DNA from: Octopus sinensis
Taxonomy: Eukaryota
Direction of reading: 5' to 3'
Length of the DNA: 64,000 nucleotides
NCBI RefSeq assembly: GCF_006345805.1
Contig: NC_043001.1
Span: forward strand, 64,418,001-64,482,000
Shown here: piece by piece, positions 63,831 through 64,000 of the stretch
Layout: each line of letters opens with the position of its first letter
Position numbering within the stretch: position 1 is the stretch's first letter
Notes under the pieces: generated by a model
Database searches by the model: none
What the model was told of the DNA's origin: nothing
The model's input: only the letters and a program-made list of their open reading frames with translations
Translations under genes and position numbers: made by a program

Positions 63831-64000
63831 AACTGTTCAACAGAAAATTCATATATTATTTACATTTGGTGGATATTTGTCCTCATCTTGTTTGTTGTTA
63901 ACACAACGTTCGGCTGTCTTGGGAAAATTTCAAACCTGGGTTCTCATTCCTAAGGTATTTTTCGATGTTGTTGTTATTATTATTCAAGTCACTGCTTGTA

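Overview
AT-rich eukaryotic DNA made almost entirely of transposable elements and microsatellites. The repeat types (RTE LINEs with (GAT)n tails, tRNA-type SINE, Helitron-like elements, (ATAC)n/(CA)n tracts) suggest a cephalopod such as Octopus; this is inference. About half of the window is ~10 copies or fragments of one RTE clade (APE-RT with a PHD-type finger inserted in the RT C-terminal region). One copy (13101-20143, minus) has an uninterrupted ORF and tandem arrays at both its 5' and 3' UTR. Other elements: BovB-like RTE fragments (one with three C2H2 fingers), a HERO-type RLE LINE with a terminal direct repeat, Penelope-like remnants, a structurally complete type I hammerhead ribozyme at 12974-13061, three Helitron-like elements, and hAT, MULE, mariner, Tc1, piggyBac-like/other MITE and Gypsy gag remnants. 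I found no confident host gene, tRNA, rRNA or CRISPR array. Element boundaries were read by eye and are approximate unless terminal motifs are quoted.
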